The notes beneath the pieces were generated by a model. That model saw only the letters and a list, made by a program, of their open reading frames with translations. It ran no database searches and had not been told where the DNA came from. A DNA stretch of 64,000 nt from Candidatus Krumholzibacteriota bacterium. Its GTDB lineage: Bacteria; Krumholzibacteriota; Krumholzibacteriia; JAJRXK01. Location: positions 96,001-160,000 of the forward strand of contig CAVXTH010000009.1 of assembly GCA_963764625.1 (NCBI GenBank), read 5' to 3'. Positions within the stretch are counted from its first letter, which is position 1. Each line of letters opens with the position of its first letter. Shown here piece after piece: positions 18,820-28,131 of the stretch. The translations under genes and the position numbers were made by a program.

Positions 18820-19589
18820 GCTCCAAGAACTCGATGCATATTCCCTGGGCTTTTTCTCTGGATGATGCGCCGCGTTTGCCTCTGACCGGGGAGGACCATC
18901 CTCTCAAGCGGGAGCTCGGGCGATGGCTATGTTGGGGAAACGCCGCGGCGATCCTGTTTGGGATCGTATTCTTCGGGGGTTGGTATCTTATCCGTCACTT
19001 GGAGGGCAACAGGGCTCCAGTAGAACGAGAAGTGCATATCGTGCGCTATACAGAATTGGGGGTTCCACCTTCCCTCTCCACGCCAAAGGCCCCCCAAGTG
19101 AATGTTGCCGAAGCAGTGGCTCGGGCCGTGAAGCCCCCCTCGATTGGCGTGCCGGAGCCCGTTCCCGATGAGATGGCGCAAAGTACGACGATTGCAACCA
19201 CCGCGGAGATGTCGGAGTTTCTCGCTCCTATCACCATGGAAGACCTCGGCATCGAGGCTGGGGACCCCTTCGTGGTCGATTTGGATGTTGAGGTTCAGCC
19301 GAAGCCTGATGAATTCGTCGCGGTGGAAGAAGAGCCCGTCAGAATCAGTATCGATGCTCCTATCTATCCGGAAGTAGCGAAAGCAGCTGGCGTCGAAGGA
19401 ACGGTGCACGTCCGGGCTCTGGTCGGAAAAGACGGTAAGGTCGCCAAGTGTGTCATCCTCGATGGCCAAGAGATGCTCAACGATGCCGCCATTGCATGCG
19501 CCAAAACCGCCATCTTTCGACCCGCTCTACTCCAACATCGTCCCGTCGAAGTCTGGGTGATCATCCCTGTGACCTTCAAGATCCACTGA
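18816..19589 (+). CDS. tonB: Energy transducer TonB
   Basis: Single transmembrane segment, Pro-rich linker, TonB_C domain YPEVAKAAGVEGTVHVRALVGKDG...FRPA...IPVTF. Confidence 0.9.
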   Translation: MSSKNSMHIPWAFSLDDAPRLPLTGEDHPLKRELGRWLCWGNAAAILFGIVFFGGWYLIRHLEGNRAPVEREVHIVRYTELGVPPSLSTPKAPQVNVAEAVARAVKPPSIGVPEPVPDEMAQSTTIATTAEMSEFLAPITMEDLGIEAGDPFVVDLDVEVQPKPDEFVAVEEEPVRISIDAPIYPEVAKAAGVEGTVHVRALVGKDGKVAKCVILDGQEMLNDAAIACAKTAIFRPALLQHRPVEVWVIIPVTFKIH

Positions 19590-19812
19590 GGCGCGCGACT
19601 CAACAAGATGTTCTCATCTCGTCAGTTAGGGGCATGAGTACCTCCAACAATCGCGATGCTTCGGGCCCCTGGAGTAAATGCCGGCCACTTTCGATGCCAA
19701 CCGTACGATCCAGCCCGCCCTCAGGGCCTTGGCTTCACCCCCATGAAAACCTTAGATTAGAGGGCACCGCTAGCCGGTTGCCCACGTCTCCTCAAAGCTA
19801 GAGGTTATTACC

Positions 19813-21345
19813 ATGAGGTCCCCTCTCGCCTCCGTTTCGCTTTTCTCTTCTCTTCTGATCTTCGCGTTCGCGGGCTGTTCGGACACCACGGCGCCGACTC
19901 CGTCTAGTCCCACGGATGGGGGAGCGGTCTTCGACGGCTCGTTTGACGCGGGCGGCGGCTCCTTCGTGATGCAACGCATCGAGGAACCCGTCCCGGGACA
20001 TCTGCCTCTGCTCATCGAACTCGTCGGAAGCAACGTTCAAGTCGACGCGTCTCTCGGGATGGTCTCGGTCGATGTCGCCATCCGCAACGCGGGCTCTGAG
20101 GCGCTCTACGCTCCGGCCACGATTTGGTTGAATCGTTTTGCTCCCCCCGGTGTAGCACCCACCAACGCGGACCTTACTGGCGACAGTGCCGATTCCATCT
20201 CCACCGCTCCCACTCTAGCAGTCTATGGCTTCGACTACTCCGAGCTTTTGGGTGGCGATGGCATGCTCGCGCCGAACGAAAGTTCACAACCGAAGACCTG
20301 GACCTTCCACGATCCCGGTTTGGGCTCATTCTCTTTCAGCGCGCGAGCAGAGTTCGGGATGGAGCCCGGTCGACCGGTGATCGCGGGCATGTTGTTCAGC
20401 GACGACAACCAAAACGGAATTCGGGATGACGGCGAAGGACCATACTTTGGTGGTGGCGTAAGTATCGAAGCTCCTGACGGAAGCGCCCTTCAGGCTCAGA
20501 TGGACGAAGCCGGAGCGTACCGTGTACCCGTGACGCAAGCTGGTCTCTACCGGGTCCGCTTCGTGAGCGAGCTCGCGTGTCCCGCGTGCTGGTGCGAGAC
20601 GACGCCGAATCCCCTGGAGGTATTCATCACCCAAGGGCCTGATGGGCAGCTGAACAGCTACGAACACGCCGACTTCGGCATCTATCCCGGACCATGTGGT
20701 GACCCGTCACCTGCCGTTCACCCGGTGGTGCTCACGGAGCTTTCGCTGGATCAAATCGAGCAGGACTCCTATCAGCCCATCTGGGCCAAGCTCGTTGGGA
20801 ACACATTCTACATCCGCGTGGGCTACAGCGGTTGTTCGCCGGATCATCCCTTCAAGCTCTATGCGGGACGGGCCTTCATGGAATCCGATCCAGTGCAGAC
20901 CTGGATGGTGCTCCAGCACGACGATCGGGGCGAAGCGTGCCGCACGTACTTCGAGAAGACGCTCGCGTTCGATCTCGTTCCCATCCAAGATGCGCACATC
21001 GAAGACTATGGCTCGCCAGGCAAAGTACGACTTCGATTCCGCGACTTCATGGGCAACGATTCGGAATTCCTCTACGATCCAGTGGTGATCTTGCTGAATG
21101 GAACCGTGACGCGGATCGATGACCAGGTGCCGTCCGATGGTGGGGTGGTGATCGAGCTAAAGCTCGACAGTGGGGAGACGGCGCAGGTCTTCTTCGGCTC
21201 GCTGTTCACCTATCCCCCTCCGCCCGCCTGGAGAACCGAGCTCTACCATGTGATCACGAGCCTGGTGGTGGGAGATCAGGTGATGGCCAAGGGAATGCTC
21301 GTCCAGGGAGGAATTTCTCTCGTGGGGCTCACGATTCTCCATTGA
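19813..21345 (+). CDS. Modular surface lipoprotein (SdrD-like Ig domain + NigD-C-like domain)
   Basis: Lipobox FAGC. FSDDNQNGIRDDGE is SdrD-B-like. VGYSGC..HPF.L...ESDPVQ....L.HD..GEAC is NigD-C-like. Confidence 0.6.
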   Translation: MRSPLASVSLFSSLLIFAFAGCSDTTAPTPSSPTDGGAVFDGSFDAGGGSFVMQRIEEPVPGHLPLLIELVGSNVQVDASLGMVSVDVAIRNAGSEALYAPATIWLNRFAPPGVAPTNADLTGDSADSISTAPTLAVYGFDYSELLGGDGMLAPNESSQPKTWTFHDPGLGSFSFSARAEFGMEPGRPVIAGMLFSDDNQNGIRDDGEGPYFGGGVSIEAPDGSALQAQMDEAGAYRVPVTQAGLYRVRFVSELACPACWCETTPNPLEVFITQGPDGQLNSYEHADFGIYPGPCGDPSPAVHPVVLTELSLDQIEQDSYQPIWAKLVGNTFYIRVGYSGCSPDHPFKLYAGRAFMESDPVQTWMVLQHDDRGEACRTYFEKTLAFDLVPIQDAHIEDYGSPGKVRLRFRDFMGNDSEFLYDPVVILLNGTVTRIDDQVPSDGGVVIELKLDSGETAQVFFGSLFTYPPPPAWRTELYHVITSLVVGDQVMAKGMLVQGGISLVGLTILH

Positions 21346-21507
21346 TGAGGCATGACCATTCCTCAGTTGTTTCCAGCTTCCCCTTCCACCAATATGAGCT
21401 CGTGATGGGCCCCTGGATCTGAACACAGCCCGCGAGCCGCATTCCCAAGAGAGGTTGGGCAATCTCCTGGCTGGCGGAAGGACCTTCCGAAACCTGAGGA
21501 TACGGCC

Positions 21508-23919
21508 ATGAGGCGACCCGAAAGTGGCACATTCGTGCGCATCATGCGCCGTCTGCCTTTCACGGTGGCTCTCATCATCGCGGTGCTGACCGTTTCTTCT
21601 GTCGCCGGCGTGTTGAGTCGTCCCATCAGCGCGGTTCAGCTCAGGCATTGGGGATTCGGCTGGGAGGATCTGCTTGCCGGGCGCCTCTGGCACCTCTTGA
21701 GCGCGCCGTTTTTGGTGTTGCGTCCCTACATGGCGCTGACGATCACGGCCATCCTCCTTTTCTTCGTAGGAAGCTGCGAGCTACTTCTCAGGACCAAGCG
21801 AACCATCGTGGTTTTCATCAGCTCCCATGTGCTGGGGTATTTGGGAGCCTTCGTATTGTTGCGCATACTATCTCGAGCTGGCTGGAAGGCCGCCACGGCC
21901 ATGACCATCCATGGTGACGTCGGCGCATCGAACGGTGCCTTCGGAGCGATCGGCGCTCTCCTCGTCTTCTTGCCCGCCACCGTACGCACGACGGGATTTC
22001 TCTTCCTTGGAACCTATCTAATCGGCGCTCTCATCGTGGAGGGTCAAGTCTGGGACGTGCAGCACATCGTGGCCTTTTTGTGTGGGATGGCTCTGGGTAC
22101 CCTGCTGTTTTGGCGCGACTCGAGAAACCAAGAAGGACAGAGGCTCACGAAAGTCGTGCTCCATCGGCAACGACCACGTCTGATGTCCTGGCTCGTGGGT
22201 GGAATGGGTGTCGTGAACGTCCTATCCGCGGCGTTGCTTCCCAACCATGCAGGCTTCGAGCGTCTCGAACGGGTCCTGCCTCTGGGCTTGCCTCACGGCC
22301 CTCGCATGATGCTGATGTTCGGAGGTCTTTTGCAGCTCTTGGTGGCTGGATCCCTGAGGCGAGCGCAACGGGTTGCCTGGTGGCTCGCGTTTCTGCTGCT
22401 GCTCATGACGACGGTTCTGCAACTGATTCTAGGTGTGACCAAGCTAGAGGCTCTGTTCGCGTTTCTTTTCCTCCTCATGCTCGTGGCCTGGAAGGAGGAT
22501 TTCCCCGCTCCGGTTGATCCGCCATCCTTGAGAGCGGCGGGCTCACGAACTCTGGGCATCTTGCTTGGGGTGCCCTTGGTTTCGTGGGTGAGCGTGCTGG
22601 CACTTCGTGGATTCTACCTCGATTTTTCCGGCCCCATCGCGAGCCTGCATGATGTGCTGCGAAGGCTCCTCTACTTGACGCCGACTCTGGTTCCGGCAGG
22701 GAAGCGGGGCGACTGGCTTCTCGAAGCCATCCCATTGGTGTTCTGGTCGGGAATTCTCCTCGTTCTGGCTCAGACTCTGCGTGCGGTGCGAGCACCGCGG
22801 GCGAATCCCAGCGAGCTGACCCGAGTGCGAGGACTCGCGCTCGAACATGGGCGCACCGGAACCGATTTCATGACCACCTGGTCCGGCAATTCCTACTTTT
22901 TCGGGCCGGGCGGTCTCTCTTACATTGCCTATCGGCTTCAGTCGGGAATCGCGGTGGCGCTCGGTGACCCGGTCGGTGTCGATAGCATGCGCGGAGCTAC
23001 TCTCCATGCCTTTATCGGCTTCTGTCGGGAGCGGGGTTGGTCGCCGGCCGTGATCGGTGCTACGTCGGCGGCGCGAACCATCTACGAAGAAAGCGGGTTC
23101 CGGCTGCTGCAAATCGGCGAGGAAGCGATCCTCAAGCTCGGTTCCCTCGAATTCAAGGGCAAGGAATGGCAGAACATGCGGACGGCCCTGAATCGAGCGC
23201 AAAAATTCAACCTTGTCTTCCAACTCTTCGAGGGCGGCCACGTTCCGCCCGAGATCGAGACACAGTTGAGGGACATCGAGGACACCTGGACCAAAGACCA
23301 GCAGCTTCCGCCGATGGAATTTACCCTGGGACGGGTCGATGACATCCACGACCCCGAGGTCGAAGTGGCCGTGGCGGTAGATGCAGCGGGCAAAGTACAT
23401 GGATACGTGGACTGGCTTCCCGTGACCGAGAGGCAAGGGTGGGTGCTCGACCTCATGAGACGCCGCCGCGATGCGATGAGCGGGACGATGGAATTCTTGC
23501 TTGGCATGTCCCTCCTCAGGTTCCAACAACGAGGCGATCGCTTCGCCAGTCTTGCGACGGCGCCGCTGGCCGATCTGAACCGAGATGATGATCAAACTCT
23601 CGTGCCGCGTTTGCTTGGGCTTCTTTTCGAGCGATTCAAAGCTCCGTACGATTTCCGGTCCCTCTTCGAGTTCAAGAGTCGTTTTCAGCCGCACTGGGAA
23701 CCGGTGTATCTCGCGTACCTCGATCCGGTCGAATTGCCTACAGTTGCGCTCGCGGTCCTCCGGGCGCATCTGCCTGACCTGGGCTGGGCCCAGGCCATCA
23801 AGCTGTTGGGAGGCACTCTGGTGGAAAGACTCCAGAATTCGGCCGGTGCAGCACTGCCGCAGATACCGGGCTTGTCGCGAATGAGAGAAGATGAACCTTC
23901 GCCACCAGAAGAAGGGTAG
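21508..23919 (+). CDS. Aminoacyl-phosphatidylglycerol synthase-like protein (rhomboid-like membrane domain + DUF2156/MprF C-terminal domain)
   Basis: Membrane domain with DVGASNG; C-terminal VALGDPVG, LDLMRR...GTMEFL and SLFEFKSRFQPHWEPVYL. Confidence 0.85.
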   Translation: MRRPESGTFVRIMRRLPFTVALIIAVLTVSSVAGVLSRPISAVQLRHWGFGWEDLLAGRLWHLLSAPFLVLRPYMALTITAILLFFVGSCELLLRTKRTIVVFISSHVLGYLGAFVLLRILSRAGWKAATAMTIHGDVGASNGAFGAIGALLVFLPATVRTTGFLFLGTYLIGALIVEGQVWDVQHIVAFLCGMALGTLLFWRDSRNQEGQRLTKVVLHRQRPRLMSWLVGGMGVVNVLSAALLPNHAGFERLERVLPLGLPHGPRMMLMFGGLLQLLVAGSLRRAQRVAWWLAFLLLLMTTVLQLILGVTKLEALFAFLFLLMLVAWKEDFPAPVDPPSLRAAGSRTLGILLGVPLVSWVSVLALRGFYLDFSGPIASLHDVLRRLLYLTPTLVPAGKRGDWLLEAIPLVFWSGILLVLAQTLRAVRAPRANPSELTRVRGLALEHGRTGTDFMTTWSGNSYFFGPGGLSYIAYRLQSGIAVALGDPVGVDSMRGATLHAFIGFCRERGWSPAVIGATSAARTIYEESGFRLLQIGEEAILKLGSLEFKGKEWQNMRTALNRAQKFNLVFQLFEGGHVPPEIETQLRDIEDTWTKDQQLPPMEFTLGRVDDIHDPEVEVAVAVDAAGKVHGYVDWLPVTERQGWVLDLMRRRRDAMSGTMEFLLGMSLLRFQQRGDRFASLATAPLADLNRDDDQTLVPRLLGLLFERFKAPYDFRSLFEFKSRFQPHWEPVYLAYLDPVELPTVALAVLRAHLPDLGWAQAIKLLGGTLVERLQNSAGAALPQIPGLSRMREDEPSPPEEG

Positions 23920-23964
23920 AGTAGGGTAGAGCCGTTCGAGAACCTCTTCTTGGAGGATAGCGAC

Positions 23965-24228
23965 ATGAAAGAGATACGAAACAAGACATCTCGACCGATT
24001 CGCATCGGGCTTCCCGGGGGAAAGACTCTCCACTTGGGACCATCTCAGGTCGCGCAGATCGCCGACCATGCCGCGGATCATCCCGAGATCCAGAAACTCG
24101 TAACGGAGGAAGTGATCGAGATTTTGGGTGAGGGGGAGAGATCCACTGAAAATAGGGGCCCGGGTGCCGCCAAAGAGCGGACGCGGGGAAACCTCAAGTC
24201 ATTTCGTCGTGGGCAGGGAGATCGATAG
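23965..24228 (+). CDS. Small hypothetical protein
   Basis: GGAGG RBS and a plausible coding sequence MKEIRNKTSRPIRIGLPGGKTLHLGP. Confidence 0.65.
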   Translation: MKEIRNKTSRPIRIGLPGGKTLHLGPSQVAQIADHAADHPEIQKLVTEEVIEILGEGERSTENRGPGAAKERTRGNLKSFRRGQGDR

Positions 24229-24289
24229 CCGCACTGGGATGGATCGTTCCACCGACGCACATCGACTTTGCACATCGAGGATCTGGCCC

Positions 24290-25015
24290 TCAAGGTGAGG
24301 TCGTCGTGGCCTTGTGGGCGTGAACCCGCGTGAGCATCTCGTCGGAGACCTCACCTTGATGGCAAATGCCGCAGAAGTCGGGGCCGGGAATCACCAAACC
24401 CGCTGCCCTGGCCTTCTCCGGATCCTTCATCACCGCGATCGCCTTGTACTCGCTTCCCGCTCCGTGACAGCTTTCGCACTCGAGCGGAGGAGTGCGCTTG
24501 GCGTGGGCGGTGGTCGACCAGGAGGTGAATTGCAGCTTGTGGCACATTTTGCACTTCGCCGCCCCGATCTGCGTGAGCCCCTCCTTCGTCGCCTTCACCT
24601 CCACCGTGCCCCCGGGGTCGTCGACGCTGGACGTCGGACTCACTGGTGGCTCGCTGGGAGGCGGGGGAGGCGGTGTCATCTCGGGTTCGCTGTCGGTGGT
24701 CTTGGGAGTCAGGACTTTCGCCGGAGTTTGGGGCGTCACCTTCGGCGCGGGCGTGGGTGCCGGGACGGGGGTCGGAATCGGAGTCTCCGCGGGAACGGAG
24801 GCCTGGGCGGTGGACGAAAGATCGGTGTTCTCGGAAGGGACCTCCTGAGAGCTTTGCATGGTGTCCGAGGACACGGCCGTAGTCTCCGGAGCGGAGCTTT
24901 CCATCCGGCTCGCACTCTCCGCCGGCGCGGCCTGCCGCGGATTCTCGCGCTTCCCGCAGCCCACAAGTCCGAGAAGCGCGGCGACACACAGTACCGATGT
25001 AAACTTCAAGCTCAT
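24290..25015 (-). CDS. Lipoprotein triheme c-type cytochrome (c554-like) on a Pro/Thr-rich stalk
   Basis: Lipobox LVGC; heme motifs CKMCH, CESCH and CGICH; long P/T/S/A linker. Confidence 0.85.
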   Translation of the reverse strand: MSLKFTSVLCVAALLGLVGCGKRENPRQAAPAESASRMESSAPETTAVSSDTMQSSQEVPSENTDLSSTAQASVPAETPIPTPVPAPTPAPKVTPQTPAKVLTPKTTDSEPEMTPPPPPPSEPPVSPTSSVDDPGGTVEVKATKEGLTQIGAAKCKMCHKLQFTSWSTTAHAKRTPPLECESCHGAGSEYKAIAVMKDPEKARAAGLVIPGPDFCGICHQGEVSDEMLTRVHAHKATTTSP

Positions 25016-25057
25016 GGTTGGATCGTAGGGGCACGCGCGCCTTTGTGCAAGCTCCAC

Positions 25058-25180
25058 GTGCCGGCGTGGGGGGTGTACGACAATGGCTACACCCTGTACG
25101 AGATGATCTCCCTCACGGCGAGCAACGAGCCTCCCGACTCTTCGCTGTTCGTTCCGCCGGCTGAGTTCAGGGAAGGATGA
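25058..25180 (+). pseudogene. Possible 3' remnant of a gene (DUF4412-like C-terminus)
   Basis: VPAWGVYDNGYTLYEMISLTASNEPPDSSLFVPPAEFREG* reads like a real protein C-terminus but has no room for an N-terminus. Confidence 0.35.
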
Positions 25181-25184
25181 GGCT

Positions 25185-27222
25185 CTACTTCACGGCCACG
25201 CTGCCGGTGATCGTGAAGGAGGAGTCGGGCCGGGCGAGGACGGCGTCGTCTCCGAAGGCCCACTTCGCGTCGGAAGGAACGCTGGGCGCGTTCAAGCCTC
25301 CGATCGGAAGGCTGAATACAGGTACCGCACCCACGATTCCTGATAGGAGCTTGGGCAGAGCACAGCGGAGCAAGTCTCCATATTGCGCACTCAACGCGTC
25401 GAGGTCGGCGTCCTCGGGGGCGGAGACGATTTGCACTTCGACTTCCGGGTTCTCGGCCGGAGTGAGCACCAATTCTCCACTTGCGGTATCGAAGCTCATG
25501 CTCGCGCCGAGGATCGCCGAGGCATAGAGGGCGACGTCCGAACTCGCGGGGACGCCCTGGGAAGCGGCCACCTGCATTTGAGGGGTGGCCACCAGGTAGA
25601 GGTCACCGAGTCCAATGTCGATCTGGTGACCGTTGGTTCCCGGCATGATGACGGGGGGCAGCTTGGCGGACAGGCTCACGAGAGATCCGTCTCCCGCGGT
25701 ACACTCGGTGCCCGAGAGCTGATCGAGTTCGAGAGCTCCGCCGCTCCAGGCGGCCCACAGGAACTGATTGAGCAGATCGTCCTTGAGACCCACTCCGAGG
25801 GCGTAGTCCGTAGAACCGAGGGCAGGGGGAGGACCGTCACGGCGAATCGAACCGTAGCCGTTTTCGACCACGGGATTGGCCGGTGTGACCGAGACCGAGA
25901 GATCCGCCGTGAGGGATCCATTCGGATAGTTCCCTGCGAATTGAATGCGGTCGAAACCGCTGCTGAGGCTGAGAGAGGTGTTCACAGGAGGGGGCAGATC
26001 GATCGTTGCCTGTGGTTTGAGACCAGCCAGGAGATCGGACACGAAGCCAGGGATCCTGTTTCGCAGTTCTGTCTCGACGAGACTCTCGAGATCATCTCGA
26101 AATGCGTTGAGAATCGCAGTGGCGATGTTGGAAAGCCCCAAAGGTCCATCCAAAAACTCGAGAGCGCCGAAGTCGACGTCGACGTAGGGGTTCGAGGTGC
26201 TGATCATCGCGCAGCTCGGACACACGTCGACTTGTGGATGGCCGGCCCCGTCCGCGGATGCGTTCACCGTAACCGTGATATGGAGCAGGTCTGCTCCCAC
26301 GGTTCCCGAGCCACTCGCGGTCGTCAAATTCCGGCTCACGCAGGCCACCGCACAGGACGGGTCGAGGTACCCGGTCACCGTCACGTCCATCGCAATGTGG
26401 GCGAGGGATAGGTCCATGGCGAGTCCATTGCTCGAAAGCCTGAGGTAATTGACTACCCACGGCCCGCTGCTGAGCGGGCCGCGGGTGACCCGATAGCCGG
26501 TGCTGTGCACTACGATGTCGGGAATCGGGTAGAAACAGTCGCAGGTATGGCTGTCGACCTGGCCGTCGCGATTGCCGTCGGGGCTTACCAACAGAGGGTT
26601 GGGCAGCAGAGCGTTGAAATCGATCGTCTCCAGATAGTCTTGGAGCAGAGTCGCCATGTCGTCGGGATCCGAACGCACGCCGTCGTCGACGAGCTTCTGG
26701 TTCAGCCTCATGCGGAGACCAGTGGGCACACTTTCGCTCGCGGCCTTCGCACCCACCGAGAGCGGGCTCTTGGCCGAGGTCCCAAAGTACTCGGGGCTGC
26801 GGATGTAGGACTGCACGAGCCTGGCCGTCGCGCCCACTTGGTTTCGCGCGCTCCCGGTAATGATGTTCAGACCCCATTGGCTGCTCAATTGGGTCATGAA
26901 GTCGAGGCACGGCGGAGTTCCCGTCAGGGCAACCGCTTGTCCGTCGAGAGTGAGACTCGTGACTGTGCTTGCGGTGTCGCACGCCGTACCGTTCACGGAG
27001 ATCATCGAAGGTTCGAAAGTCCCGGATTCCAGCATCCCCCCGCGTGGTGGATTCGTAACCTCGATGCGTGGAGGTGGAGGGAGGAGGGGGTGCCGGCGGT
27101 GACGTCGGGCTGCCGCTGGAACAGCTCCAAACGATAACGAGAAGAATGCCGAGTACAAGCGGAAATACGAGGCGGAGTGGGCGCCGTGAAATCCTCCGAG
27201 AGGATGCAAAAGAGAACTTCAT
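25185..27222 (-). CDS. Large Cys-containing lipoprotein, Ig-like + possible BPI/LBP (TULIP)-like domains; frameshift near 27075
   Basis: The signal/lipobox (LLVIVWSC) is in the frame of 26092-27222 and joins the 25185-27209 frame at a G-rich tract. Motif DDLLNQFLWAAWSGG. Confidence 0.6.
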
Positions 27223-27396
27223 TCAACGAGTCTACTGCTCATGCTCCCGACCAGTCAACTGGCTCACAGTATGGATTCGGATGATCGATTACAGGACCGT
27301 ATATATTGGATTCACACGAGCAAGCTCGCAACTCCAACTCGATTGCAGTGCGTGAGATTCGGGTCGAATCCTGAACCGTTCGGCAGAAGGGGGCGA

Positions 27397-28110
27397 TTAG
27401 GGCGCCGGTGTCAAAGTGACCCTAACTCCGGTCTCTTCATCGACCTCGAGCGTGTCGCTGACCGCACGAAAACCGGTTGAGGAGTCAAAGGCCCAAATCC
27501 GAACTCTGCGTGCGATGGAATAGGTCGCCAAGGAGTCGCCTGCCTCGTTCGTGAGGGTGAGAACGAAGTCGAAGGGCAGGCAATCCTGGCTGAGTGTGAA
27601 ACGTCCCCAACTGTCCGTCACCACGAGTGGCACTACATCCGTCGAGGAGGGGAGTCCTCCGTAATCGATACCGAAGCGCATAACCACAGGCCGATCCTCC
27701 ATGCCGTCGTGGAGTACGTGCACCTGATACACTCCCTCGGGCGCGAATTGGCCGGCATCGTCCAGGCCATCCCAGGCCACGGCGTGAATTCCGGGCTCCC
27801 TCCCGCCGCTTACGAGAGTCCGCAAGGAATCGGTGTCGCAGAACGACGCGATCCAGACCGTGACCCATCCCGCTTCCAGCTGCTCCCATTGGATCAAGTT
27901 CGTCGGGGTTCGCTTCGGGAGTCCCGAGGCATCATACGACAGGTACTCGAGTACTATGGCCGCATCAGCTACCGGCCGTCTCGTCGAATCCAAAACGTGT
28001 CCCCTGATGTCGGAACCGACCACGCCAGTACCGTCTGGACCCGTTGTGTCATTGCAGGCACTCAGAAGCAGTAGGGCTGCAAATAGAGTCGAAATCGCGG
28101 TGCTCCGCAT
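27397..28110 (-). CDS. Lipoprotein with an internal FlgD-Ig-like domain
   Basis: Lipobox LSAC; LRTLVSG.REPGIHAVAWDGLDDAG..APEGVY. Confidence 0.7.
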   Translation of the reverse strand: MRSTAISTLFAALLLLSACNDTTGPDGTGVVGSDIRGHVLDSTRRPVADAAIVLEYLSYDASGLPKRTPTNLIQWEQLEAGWVTVWIASFCDTDSLRTLVSGGREPGIHAVAWDGLDDAGQFAPEGVYQVHVLHDGMEDRPVVMRFGIDYGGLPSSTDVVPLVVTDSWGRFTLSQDCLPFDFVLTLTNEAGDSLATYSIARRVRIWAFDSSTGFRAVSDTLEVDEETGVRVTLTPAP

Positions 28111-28131
28111 GAGGGAATCCTCCAATTTCTT

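Noticed and set aside
22543-24081. Long antisense or alternate-frame ORFs (e.g. 22543-24081, 28468-30183, 43949-45577, 58477-59778)
   Set aside because: They are shadows of well-supported genes in GC-rich DNA and carry no recognisable motifs
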